From an uncultured archaeon (GTDB lineage: Archaea; Asgardarchaeota; Thorarchaeia; Thorarchaeales; Thorarchaeaceae), in assembly GCA_964610875.1 (NCBI GenBank), contig CAZSWP010000030.1, positions 1 through 42,560 on the forward strand: DNA of 42,560 nt, in the 5' to 3' direction. Made by a program: the position numbers and the translations under genes. Positions 10,262-19,267 of this stretch are shown here, piece by piece. The notes under the pieces are model-generated. The model ran no database searches, was not told the DNA's origin, and was given only the letters and a program-made list of their open reading frames with translations. The first letter of the stretch is position 1. Every line of letters begins with the position of its first letter.

Positions 10262-11743
10262 ATGATTGAATTAAACTCCGACATGCAAGAACTGGTCTTC
10301 CAAGCTGCATCTGTGATTACAAACTCGCGAAAGGCTCTAGCCATATCACACATTGATGCAGATGGTATTACAGCTTTAGCTATCATTGTGCAAATGATGG
10401 AACGGCAGAAGATCGATCATGTTTGGAGAAATATCCATCAACTCAATTCGGAAACAATCCATGATGTAACCGAGCTTATTCGCGAGGTCAGACCGGACAC
10501 AGTCATTTTCAGTGATCTTGGTACGGGACAGATGCATCTTATTGAACAGGAAGTAATAAACAAGAATGGTGTGAAGCATGTTCTCGTTCTAGACCATCAT
10601 CTTCCGGCCGATGATCGAAGCGAGTGGCATCATGAAATGGTTGAATCAAATATAATTGAGGTCAACCCATGCCAACATGGATATAGTGGTAGCACAGACC
10701 TTTCGGGTGCAGGAGTTGCTTTTCTAGTTGCCCTAGCAGTCTCTCACGAGAATCATGACCTAAGTGAGCTTGCAATTGTTGGAGCAACAGGAGACCTACA
10801 GAGCTATTATGGTCGTGGTTTTGTAGGTTTGAATAAACAAATATTGAACCTAGCTGTGGAATACGGACACATAGAGGTAAGAAGAGACCTAACATTCTTT
10901 GGAATCAATACAAGACCACTTGCACAACTACTACAATTCGCTACTGACCCATATATTCCTGGATTGACTGGAGACCTTGAGGCATGTTATCAGTTCTATC
11001 AAGAGCGAGACATCGAACTCAAAGATAGAGAAACTGATGAATGGCGTAGGTGGGTGGATCTTAATGATTCTGAAAGACAGCAAATTTTCAGTGGTCTTAC
11101 TTTTGAAATACTCGCCTCCTACGGACCAAAGGTTGTAGAAGGTATAGTTGGGGATGTTATTTGGTTATTGAAACGTCCACCTAGAAGCGAATTGAGTACT
11201 GCAAAAGAATTCTCAACCATGATGAATGCATGTGGTAGAAACAGAAGAGCCGAAGTTGGAGTTAAGGTTTGCCTTCATGACCCCGATGCTTTCGATGAGG
11301 GACGTGCTCTATTACACAGGCATAGAATGAATCTGGCAATGGCAATACGAAGAATTGAAACCCAAGGGTACGATGAGAAACCGGGTATGTATATTGTTAA
11401 TGATCCAGAGACCTCTGACACTATTATTGGAATCGTAATAGGGATGGCACTTGGCTCTCGAATCATACCATGGGATAGACCTGTCATTGGCATTAGTACA
11501 AACACCACTGGAGAATCGCCACTAGTCAAGATATCTGGAAGGGCTAAGAAAGATGTAATCAAGAGGGGTGTTAATCTAAAGGAAATTTTCGTCACAGCTT
11601 CAGAACAATTGAACAATCAAAAGGACGAAATGATTGCAGAAGCAGGAGGGCATCCAATGGCAGCTGGAGCATTTGTGCATCGAGAACATCTCGATGAGTT
11701 TATTGATATAGTATCAGCTCACTTGAGTAGTATCTTGAATTAG
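10262..11743 (+). CDS. recJ: archaeal RecJ-like DHH/DHHA1 phosphoesterase (GAN/Cdc45 family)
   Basis: HIDADG, SDLG, LDHH, GATGD, NACGR, SGR and GGHPMAAGA motifs. Confidence 0.88.
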   Translation: MIELNSDMQELVFQAASVITNSRKALAISHIDADGITALAIIVQMMERQKIDHVWRNIHQLNSETIHDVTELIREVRPDTVIFSDLGTGQMHLIEQEVINKNGVKHVLVLDHHLPADDRSEWHHEMVESNIIEVNPCQHGYSGSTDLSGAGVAFLVALAVSHENHDLSELAIVGATGDLQSYYGRGFVGLNKQILNLAVEYGHIEVRRDLTFFGINTRPLAQLLQFATDPYIPGLTGDLEACYQFYQERDIELKDRETDEWRRWVDLNDSERQQIFSGLTFEILASYGPKVVEGIVGDVIWLLKRPPRSELSTAKEFSTMMNACGRNRRAEVGVKVCLHDPDAFDEGRALLHRHRMNLAMAIRRIETQGYDEKPGMYIVNDPETSDTIIGIVIGMALGSRIIPWDRPVIGISTNTTGESPLVKISGRAKKDVIKRGVNLKEIFVTASEQLNNQKDEMIAEAGGHPMAAGAFVHREHLDEFIDIVSAHLSSILN

Positions 11744-11778
11744 AAAAGAGAATCAGAGGGGAGAATGCCCCTCAAATT

Positions 11779-12243
11779 TTAGTAGTCCCTGTCAGCTGTC
11801 AATCTTGCTCCAATAACACCGGGAATGAAGAGTAGACCAAAAGCAACGCCTAAATCTATCGCGATGGTTTGGGCAAGAGTAGCTAATACGTCGACTTGAA
11901 GCGCTGCACTCTGAGCGAGAGCGGCATAACCTACAAAGAATAGAGCGATTGCAACAATTGACACGATTAGCATGCGTATCTCTTTCTTGGATATTAAACC
12001 AGAAATGAAACCAGCAACACCGAGAGCAACCAATGGTCCATATATCTGATTATTGACTGCAAACGAATACGGCAACATTAATTGTGCGAACAAAAGCTCT
12101 CCTTGATACGAAAGAGCATCTGTTAGATTTGGATCTTGAAGGATCCCTTGAATTTCTGTTACGCTCAGTTGTAAGATTTGAAAAGCACCTATCATAATAG
12201 CCACGAGAAGGGCGACTAGTAATGCCATAATTGTCCTAAACAT
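11779..12243 (-). CDS. hypothetical membrane protein (~4 TM)
   Basis: Hydrophobic segments; ATG at 12243. Confidence 0.78.
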   Translation of the reverse strand: MFRTIMALLVALLVAIMIGAFQILQLSVTEIQGILQDPNLTDALSYQGELLFAQLMLPYSFAVNNQIYGPLVALGVAGFISGLISKKEIRMLIVSIVAIALFFVGYAALAQSAALQVDVLATLAQTIAIDLGVAFGLLFIPGVIGARLTADRDY

Positions 12244-12340
12244 CTTAGTACCACATCCAATCATTGAGTTGGTTAGCTAGGTTAATTTATCTATCAAATT
12301 GTGACTTTTATAATTGGTGTTGCCATTTCAAAATCTTGTT

Positions 12341-12796
12341 CTACATATCAGAATTTGATTCCAGCATCTTAAGCCCTAACATAATAACATCAACAATCTC
12401 ATCAGGAATTTCTTCAAAAGGCAAGCTTACTTTATCAAACCATGCCACTTCTGCATCTGCTGATTCTGGTCTAGTTTCTGTTGTCAAAGCCTTTGCAAGA
12501 TAGTGATTTAGAAGAAAGTGATACTCGATCATTCCATTTTCATCAGGATGTATAACATCGTATGTGCTAATCAAATTTAGGACCTCGCATTCCACACCTG
12601 TTTCTTCTAAAACCTCCCTTAATACAGCATCCTCTTGACTCTCACCAATCTCCACTCCACCACCCGGTAGACTCCAGAGACCTTTTCCTGGATTCTTGTC
12701 CCTTCTGACAAGTAATATGCCTTCTTTGCTTACAACAACCGCACCGACACCAGGTATGGGGAAAGGAGGATATCTTCTCTCAGCCACATTCATCAC
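12341..12796 (-). CDS. NUDIX hydrolase
   Basis: Nudix box GGGVEIGESQEDAVLREVLEETG. Confidence 0.93.
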   Translation of the reverse strand: MMNVAERRYPPFPIPGVGAVVVSKEGILLVRRDKNPGKGLWSLPGGGVEIGESQEDAVLREVLEETGVECEVLNLISTYDVIHPDENGMIEYHFLLNHYLAKALTTETRPESADAEVAWFDKVSLPFEEIPDEIVDVIMLGLKMLESNSDM

Positions 12797-12799
12797 TTC

Positions 12800-13951
12800 T
12801 CAACCGAGTAGACCAAGTGGCATTTCGATGCGTGCAGTGCAATCTGGACAAAATTGCTCTTTATAAGGACTGAAATCACTATTTTTGTGATATTCGATTC
12901 TAGTGGTCTTTCCACATTTTCTACAGTTGATTCTGATATATCCCCTTAGTTCAAATGATTTTATCCAAGCATTGATTGCTTGTTTTTTCATCCCGCGCCG
13001 ATCATATTCAATTGCTAGAGCAATCCATGGAGCTGCGGCACCAGGATTGCCTTCAGTCCATTGCAATAAGCAATCTAGCAGTTCGTTATTCATTCCAAGC
13101 TGAGCATATGCATCACAAAGCCCCCTCCAACATTCAGGAGCATTTCCCAATTGTTTTTCAGCAACCGAGAGATAATGCTTGCTTTCATTTTTATTACCAG
13201 AATGATTTTCAATTATTGCCAGACGTGAAAGGGCTTCGATATTCTCAGAATCTTTTTCCAATACTTGCATGAAGTATGATTTTGCCAAATCATAGTTTCC
13301 GACTTGAAAATCATATACTCCCTGTAAAATCAATGTTCTATAATCTTCAGGTTCATTCTTTTTTGCTTTCTCAATTATTGGTAATGCTTCCTGAACTCTA
13401 TTCTGTATGAGTAGAAGATAGGCATAGTTTGCAGTAGCTGACATTAATTCAGGATTTATCTGATGTACGAGTCCCCATTCTTGTGTAGCAAGCATATAGT
13501 CGCCAAGTCGATAAAGAGCAAGAGCATAAGTTCCTCGTAGAGATAAGTCTTCAGGAAAAATTAAGAGCGCTTCTTCGAGAATGCGGGCAGCTTCCCTGTA
13601 GTCGCCCTTCGAATAGAGCAACTTACCTAATTCAATCCAAGCCTCAGGATCTTCAGATTCCAATCTGATGGATTTTCTGAGTTCTGCTTCAGCTTCATCA
13701 AGCTCTCCAATTCCACGTAGAGCTCTTCCTAAGAATAGAGCAACTACACAGTGATCCTCAACTAATGTTTCTGCTTTCCTAAGAACTCTAACTGCATCTT
13801 CTGGACGTTCTGCTTGGACATAAGCAATACCAAGATAAACTAGCGCATCTGCATCATCAGAATCCTGAAGGGGTTCTAGCAAATCTATTGCTTCATCAGG
13901 ACGCTCTGACTCAATTGAGTGCATTGCTTGATGGATGATATCATCGTTCAA
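12800..13951 (-). CDS. TPR-repeat protein with C-terminal Zn-ribbon
   Basis: Multiple 34-aa TPR units; CRKC ... CPDC at the C-terminus. Confidence 0.88.
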   Translation of the reverse strand: MNDDIIHQAMHSIESERPDEAIDLLEPLQDSDDADALVYLGIAYVQAERPEDAVRVLRKAETLVEDHCVVALFLGRALRGIGELDEAEAELRKSIRLESEDPEAWIELGKLLYSKGDYREAARILEEALLIFPEDLSLRGTYALALYRLGDYMLATQEWGLVHQINPELMSATANYAYLLLIQNRVQEALPIIEKAKKNEPEDYRTLILQGVYDFQVGNYDLAKSYFMQVLEKDSENIEALSRLAIIENHSGNKNESKHYLSVAEKQLGNAPECWRGLCDAYAQLGMNNELLDCLLQWTEGNPGAAAPWIALAIEYDRRGMKKQAINAWIKSFELRGYIRINCRKCGKTTRIEYHKNSDFSPYKEQFCPDCTARIEMPLGLLG

Positions 13952-14060
13952 GTCCTATCTTCCTCGGATCCAAGCCATAACATGTTTGTTTGATGTTTTC
14001 TCTACATCAATCAGTTTCGAACAATCGCATTATAAGAGCACTATGTTATGGCAAAATACC

Positions 14061-14900
14061 ATGTCCAAGAAATATGCAACACCTTTTTCCAAACTCCATG
14101 CAGTGAGCTTGTTGAGTCATAAGAAGAGACTGAACAAGTTTCAGAGTGCAATCCAGAAAATTGTGAAGCCGGGTATGAAGGTCATTGATATTGGTACAGG
14201 GACAGGAATACTCTCATTTTTGGCAGCTAAAGCAGGTGCAGAAAAGGTAGTTGGAATTGAGATTGATTCAGAGAGCGTAGATTACGCTCAATCGATGGCC
14301 GGACTAAATGGTTTGTCAGATAAGGTGGAATTCTTCCATGGTCACTACGAAGACTACATTCCTGATGAATTAGCTGATGTTATCATTTGTGAGATGATCT
14401 CTTCATTCATGCTGATTGAACAACAAATCCCAGCGATGAATTACGCTATTGATAATTTATTGAAATCTAATGGAAAAGTAATTCCAACTATCATCGCAAT
14501 CTATGGTCTTTTAGCTCAAGCAACAGATTTGTATGAACGTTTTGAGTTTGATGAATTGAGATTTCTCCCATTACCTCAGACGATTCAAGGGAACGACTTT
14601 GAAGACCTTACTTCAATTCATGATATCATCACATTTGATTTCAGCTCACAGAATTCTCCAAAAACAGTAGATAGTACTTTTCAACTAATAGCACAAAAGA
14701 ATGGGACCATACATGGTCTTGTGGGTATGTTCAGCGCTGAACTCGCCAATGGAATCACGCTGGATATGGATGACGGATGGAAACCAATTCTACTCCCATT
14801 AAAACAGCCAATTGATGTTAAAAAAGGCAACCAATTGAAAATTTCGATAACTTTCGAGCCAGGCAAGTATGACACATTAAGACTAGACGTGAAAAAGTAA
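14061..14900 (+). CDS. class I SAM methyltransferase with PRMT-like architecture
   Basis: VIDIGTGTG motif I, ADVIICEMISSFMLIE double-Glu loop, GKVIP, C-terminal beta-barrel-like GTIHGLVGMF...WKPILLPL; start refined to ATG 14061. Confidence 0.85.
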   Translation: MSKKYATPFSKLHAVSLLSHKKRLNKFQSAIQKIVKPGMKVIDIGTGTGILSFLAAKAGAEKVVGIEIDSESVDYAQSMAGLNGLSDKVEFFHGHYEDYIPDELADVIICEMISSFMLIEQQIPAMNYAIDNLLKSNGKVIPTIIAIYGLLAQATDLYERFEFDELRFLPLPQTIQGNDFEDLTSIHDIITFDFSSQNSPKTVDSTFQLIAQKNGTIHGLVGMFSAELANGITLDMDDGWKPILLPLKQPIDVKKGNQLKISITFEPGKYDTLRLDVKK

Positions 14901-14965
14901 AGGATTATCACGAGCACTATACTTTTATCATGAACTGCAAGGCGAAAGCTTGGTTTGTGAGCAAT

Positions 14966-15640
14966 ATGGAACTCAAAGGGCCGCTATGCTATGTACTGGA
15001 TTACGATGATATTGCAAATTATGCATACCAGACTGCCTTAAAGATACGTGAATCGGGTTGGAGGCCTGAAGCCATTATTGGTATTGCTAGAGGTGGTTGG
15101 GTACATGCACGAATTCAATGTGACTTATTGGGAGTCAAAAACCTACACAGTGTCAAAGTTGATCACTGGGGAGTCACTGCTACGAAGGATGGAAAAGCAA
15201 AACTCTCATGCCCACTCGTTGGTGATGTCGAAGGGATGAAGGTTCTAGTCGTTGACGATATTACTGATACAGGTGAGAGCTTGATGACAGCAGTTGAACA
15301 TATCAAAGAAGTGGGAAAACCTGCTGAAGTAAGAACTGCAACACTAATGCATATTGTTGGATCCAAATTTACACCAGATTATTTTGGTGTCGAAGTGACA
15401 TGGGCGTGGGAGATTTGGCCGTGGAACTTTTATGAAGACATAAACGCACTCATCATGAAAATCTTTGAAGGAGAGGGGATTTCAGAGATGAGTACAGCTG
15501 AAGTCAAGAAACATCTTAGAGAGTACAACAATATTGTACTTTCAGACGATCAGCTTTCTAAAGTCAAGGCGCATATGGGATATTTAGGAAAGATTGTCTA
15601 TCCTCAAGACAAAGTCTGGAAGAAAGTACCTGAGGAATAA
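14966..15640 (+). CDS. purine phosphoribosyltransferase (HGXPRT-like, archaeal type)
   Basis: IGIARGG, VLVVDDITDTGESL PRPP loop, PDYF...W..WPW. Confidence 0.88.
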   Translation: MELKGPLCYVLDYDDIANYAYQTALKIRESGWRPEAIIGIARGGWVHARIQCDLLGVKNLHSVKVDHWGVTATKDGKAKLSCPLVGDVEGMKVLVVDDITDTGESLMTAVEHIKEVGKPAEVRTATLMHIVGSKFTPDYFGVEVTWAWEIWPWNFYEDINALIMKIFEGEGISEMSTAEVKKHLREYNNIVLSDDQLSKVKAHMGYLGKIVYPQDKVWKKVPEE

Positions 15641-15654
15641 TTCTAGAAAATACT

Positions 15655-15690
15655 TGGCATCCTCCAACGGATGCCATCAATTTCATTTTT
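15655..15690 (+). terminator. stem-loop with T-tract
   Basis: tggcatcc-tccaac-ggatgcca then tttcattttt. Confidence 0.55.
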
Positions 15691-15746
15691 AACTCACTAG
15701 ACATAAATGTGAGTTGTTCTTGTGAATGGATAGATAGCACTAGGAG

Positions 15747-16619
15747 ATGGACCAAACAATGGCATTTGAAGTTAAACCTGAACTTGTACCACTTGATCGT
15801 GACCAGAAAGAAAAACTGGAATCATTACTGCCCATTGAGATCGGAATGTTCGGTGGAAGTGGGAACTATGATGCAACAGTGATTGAAAATCCAATCGAAG
15901 TGAAAGTGTTTACACCGTACGGTGAACCATCTGATCATTTCATTGTTGGCTCAGTAAAAGGGAGAAGTTTTGCTTTTCTTGCAAGACATGCCAGAGGTCA
16001 TACAATTCCACCACATATGATCAACTATCAAGCAAATATCTGGGGAATGAAAGCTTTAGGAGTGAAACGGATTATCAGTCCAGCAGCATGTGGAAGTCTG
16101 CAGCCAGAAAAGATAAAGCTCGGCGAATTCGTTTTTGCAGACCAGCTCTTTGACAGAACATTTGGTGTCAGAAAAGATACGTTCTTCGAAGGGGGCACTA
16201 TAGCACATTTACCTTTCGCAGAACCTTTCTGTCCAGAGATGAGAAAAGTGGCATATCAAACAGCTGAGGAACTAGAATTCAAAGCACATGACAAGGGAAC
16301 ATATGTATGTATCAATGGCCCACGTTTCTCAACTGCAGCGGAGTCTATGTTCTATCATAAGCAGGGATGGGATGTCATTGGTATGACAGCGTATCCGGAA
16401 GCAGCATTAGCCAGAGAAGCAGGCATCTGTTTTGTGAACATTTCTATGCCTACTGATTATGATGTGCATGGTGAAGAACACGTTACTCATGAGATGGTAC
16501 TAAAGACCATGTCACAGAATGTTGATAGAGTACGCAAGCTCACCTTTGAAATGATCAATAGGATTCCAAAAGAAGCAAGTTGTGATTGTCAGACAGCCAT
16601 GAAAGGTGGTTTGTTCTAG
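15747..16619 (+). CDS. mtnP: S-methyl-5'-thioadenosine phosphorylase
   Basis: GGSG, TPYGEPS, RHARGH.IPPH, GPRFSTAAES, IGMT..PE, TDYD. Confidence 0.92.
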   Translation: MDQTMAFEVKPELVPLDRDQKEKLESLLPIEIGMFGGSGNYDATVIENPIEVKVFTPYGEPSDHFIVGSVKGRSFAFLARHARGHTIPPHMINYQANIWGMKALGVKRIISPAACGSLQPEKIKLGEFVFADQLFDRTFGVRKDTFFEGGTIAHLPFAEPFCPEMRKVAYQTAEELEFKAHDKGTYVCINGPRFSTAAESMFYHKQGWDVIGMTAYPEAALAREAGICFVNISMPTDYDVHGEEHVTHEMVLKTMSQNVDRVRKLTFEMINRIPKEASCDCQTAMKGGLF

Positions 16620-16625
16620 GTAATG

Positions 16626-16653
16626 AAAAAGAGAGCCTTACAAGAGAAGGCTC
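16626..16653 (-). terminator. stem-loop between converging mtnP and micro-protein 1
   Basis: gagcctt-acaagag-aaggctc preceded by aaaaa (U-tract on the minus strand). Confidence 0.5.
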
Positions 16654-16703
16654 CCATCATATTTCAGGTGCTGGAATAATAACCTGATAACTGGTGACGA
16701 TCA

Positions 16704-16799
16704 TCAATCTTCGTCGTCATCGTCGTCGTCGTCGTCCCAGTCATCATCTTCATCGTCATCCCAGTCATCATCTTCATCCCAAATCTTTTCGAAGACCAT
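16704..16799 (-). CDS. 31-aa Trp/Asp-rich micro-protein 1 (MVFEKIWDEDDDWDDDEDDDWDDDDDDDDED)
   Basis: Strong SD GAGGTGA 5 nt before ATG; mixed GAT/GAC codons; tandem TGA TGA; downstream terminator-like hairpin. Too short for the ORF track. Confidence 0.8.
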   Translation of the reverse strand: MVFEKIWDEDDDWDDDEDDDWDDDDDDDDED

Positions 16800-17071
16800 G
16801 TTTTTCACCTCATCCCTACATGTACAACATAATTAGTTAAGCTTGACCTGACTTGAGTGATTGCCAATATAACCCAATATTTCTGTTATACGGATTAGAT
16901 AGAGAGTATTTTGGATGAAACGGAAATATCCACTTCGATATAGGGAGTAGAGAGAACAAGAGGAGCATAAATCCGACCAATGGAGAAATAAATTCCATAA
17001 GGGATGGTCACCAATAATGATACAAGCAATAGGGATATATTCGTATATGATTCAAGGCGCCGTGTTCAGAA

Positions 17072-17887
17072 ATGGAGAGCAATGGTAACGCGGAACCTGA
17101 CATTGAGGTTGCAATAGCTGAATCACCACTCATTGTTGCTGGGACTAAGCATTTGTTAGTGGCATGTGATAAAATCAGATTAGATGATGTTCTGCGAGAT
17201 TTCAATGACGTTTCAAAACTAAGAAATGGTCTCTTCTTTGTACCGTCCACATTACCAAAGTCCTATAATGAGACCGGACAATTTCATTCTGTCAGATTCA
17301 AACGTGTGCGTGAGGTTCCTAGGATAAGGAAAAAGAAATCAATATCCAAGTCGGTGTTTGCAGTTGTATCCTATCATTTCAAGACATCTAAACCGAAGCA
17401 GAAGAAAGCCACACAACGACTCCTTCGAAAAGCAATTGGCGTCAAGATCAGACCAGGAGTTGTATTATTTCCATTTCTTCGGATAAAAGACAAAAAGAAT
17501 CTTGAAAAATTGAGAGAACTTCTTATTGGTTCCCGTAGGTTTCAGGTGAAGTTGGAGAAAATGGGTGCAAAGGTTTCCAGATGGACAAGACTTGCGATTG
17601 TGAACGAAGATTCGCAAACACTTGTACATGGTCTTGTCAATGATACCATCAGAACAGAGAGCAATGCAATTGAACAGGGAATAAGAAAACTTGTGTCAGA
17701 ATTCAAAGAGAACATCATCAACAAAAGACAAGCAAAGGAGAAACTCTATTCTCTTCGCAGTAGATATCAGGAACTGAAAATTAGAGCTGAAGCGTTTGAG
17801 AAAATCTGGGGTGGAGAATATCACAAGATCCTGAAAAGAATCTATAATCTCCTTCTGAAGACAAGAAAAATAGTGCTTGAACATTGA
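17072..17887 (+). CDS. highly basic hypothetical protein, central Cas2/VapD/PaaX/ChrB-N-like segment and C-terminal helices
   Basis: About 59 K+R vs 29 D+E by hand count; FAVVSYHF...QRLLRKAIGVKIRPGVVLFP pattern. The ORF is clear; the fold call is tentative. Confidence 0.75.
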   Translation: MESNGNAEPDIEVAIAESPLIVAGTKHLLVACDKIRLDDVLRDFNDVSKLRNGLFFVPSTLPKSYNETGQFHSVRFKRVREVPRIRKKKSISKSVFAVVSYHFKTSKPKQKKATQRLLRKAIGVKIRPGVVLFPFLRIKDKKNLEKLRELLIGSRRFQVKLEKMGAKVSRWTRLAIVNEDSQTLVHGLVNDTIRTESNAIEQGIRKLVSEFKENIINKRQAKEKLYSLRSRYQELKIRAEAFEKIWGGEYHKILKRIYNLLLKTRKIVLEH

Positions 17888-17904
17888 ATAATAAAATGTG
17901 ACGA

Positions 17905-18000
17905 TCACCAATTATCATATTCCTCCCATTCATCACCCCATTCTTCTTCATCCCATTCTACATCATCCCAATCCATCAAATCATCTCGCTCTTTATACAA
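17905..18000 (-). CDS. 31-aa Trp/acidic micro-protein 2 (MYKERDDLMDWDDVEWDEEEWGDEWEEYDNW)
   Basis: SD AGGTGA 7 nt before TTG at 18000 (alternative internal ATG gives MDWDD...); shares 3' flank with micro-protein 1. Confidence 0.72.
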   Translation of the reverse strand: MYKERDDLMDWDDVEWDEEEWGDEWEEYDNW

Positions 18001-18099
18001 TATTAATTCACCTAAAGCATGATTACAAAAAGAGACATATGAAAGATATCCTACCAGAAATGACAAAAACCAACACACAATAGATGGAATGAGAAGGAT

Positions 18100-18900
18100 A
18101 TGACAAGAGTTGGAATAGCCCAGACAAAACCAAAACTCGGGAATATAGAATACAACCTGGAACATACAAGAGGCATCCTAGAATCTGCAAAAGAAGAGGA
18201 GATTGAAGTTCTTGTCCTTCCAGAACTGTCCAATTCGGGATATTCATTTCTCTACGAGTATGAAGCCAGAAACAGTTCTGAGAAGATTCCTGACGGAGAA
18301 TTCTCGCAACTCTTACTCGATTGGTCAAAATCAAATAGACTAGTTGTCGCAGGAATATGTGAACAGTGGGATAAAGGATTAGGAAATTCAGCTGGCATCT
18401 TTGCGAATGGAAAGCATTTAGGGACCTATAGGAAACTTCACTTATTTCACCGAGAGAAGGAACTATTCCAACCGGGAAATGAAGAACCTCCCGTGTTTGA
18501 ATTCAATGGACATAGATATGGTATAATGGTGTGTTGGGATTGGGCATTTCCTGAAGTATCAAGAATCCTTGCACTAAAGGGAGCTCAAGTCATTCTACAT
18601 CCAGCAAACCTAGTTCTTCCGTACTGCTTCAATGCCATGAGAACAAGAGCATTGGAAAATGGTGTTTTCACTGTGACAGCCAACAGACTTGGAATAGAAA
18701 GAAAGTTAGAGTTTTCTGGAAAATCACAAATAACTGACAACAAAGGAGATCTGCTACTTTCAATGTCAGATAGAGAATCAGGAATCGCATATGCTGATAT
18801 CAATCCTGCAAATGCCGATAAGAAACAGATGACTCCAAATAATCATCTGCTAAAAGATAGAAGACCAAGACTCTATGGTAGAATTACAGATCTGTCCTGA
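18100..18900 (+). CDS. carbon-nitrogen hydrolase (nitrilase superfamily)
   Basis: E-K-C triad: LPEL, YRKLHL, VCWDW.FPE. Confidence 0.92.
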   Translation: MTRVGIAQTKPKLGNIEYNLEHTRGILESAKEEEIEVLVLPELSNSGYSFLYEYEARNSSEKIPDGEFSQLLLDWSKSNRLVVAGICEQWDKGLGNSAGIFANGKHLGTYRKLHLFHREKELFQPGNEEPPVFEFNGHRYGIMVCWDWAFPEVSRILALKGAQVILHPANLVLPYCFNAMRTRALENGVFTVTANRLGIERKLEFSGKSQITDNKGDLLLSMSDRESGIAYADINPANADKKQMTPNNHLLKDRRPRLYGRITDLS

Positions 18901-19255
18901 CTTTGTCTGGAATTCGACCAAGCCAATCATCAGCAGGATATTTTGATTCATTCTTTTTCATCTTTGTAAGGATTGCTTCGGATGGATCAATGCCAGCTAC
19001 ATCAGATAAGCGTAGCAAGTAAATCATTACATCAGCAATCTCATCAGCAAGTTCGTTTCTATATTTCGTATCCAGAAGTAGGTTATTTATTTCAGAGTTC
19101 TTCAACCACTGAAATTTCTCTAAAAGCTCACCCATCTCGATACTAGCTGAAATAGCGAGAGCTTCAGGAGTATGGAAGCTCTCCCAATTCCGCTCTCGAA
19201 TAAATTTTCGAATGAGAGCCATGAGTCCTTCCAAAGAACGGCTCTCATCATTCAT
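18884..19255 (-). CDS. MazG-like nucleotide pyrophosphohydrolase (dCTPase-like)
   Basis: RNWESFHTP, EMGELLE, DEIADV, KMKKNESKYP. Confidence 0.9.
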   Translation of the reverse strand: MNDESRSLEGLMALIRKFIRERNWESFHTPEALAISASIEMGELLEKFQWLKNSEINNLLLDTKYRNELADEIADVMIYLLRLSDVAGIDPSEAILTKMKKNESKYPADDWLGRIPDKVRTDL

Positions 19256-19267
19256 TTTTTTTGTCCT

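Noticed and set aside
16701-16706. Selenocysteine read-through of the peptide TGA codons
   Set aside because: No redox-motif context or recognisable SECIS; downstream frames of the two copies do not give similar protein.
16701-16781. (gtc/atc)n tandem repeats as microsatellite or CRISPR
   Set aside because: No repeat-spacer structure; the triplet pattern is explained by Asp codons in an SD-preceded ORF.
17072-17887. Calling this a true cas2 or a CRISPR locus
   Set aside because: No cas1 or array nearby, the protein is much longer than Cas2, and the catalytic Asp of the YD motif is replaced (YH).
17905-18165. 86-aa ORF as given in the track
   Set aside because: Its N-terminal part overlaps the nitrilase gene antisense; the SD supports a start at TTG 18000.
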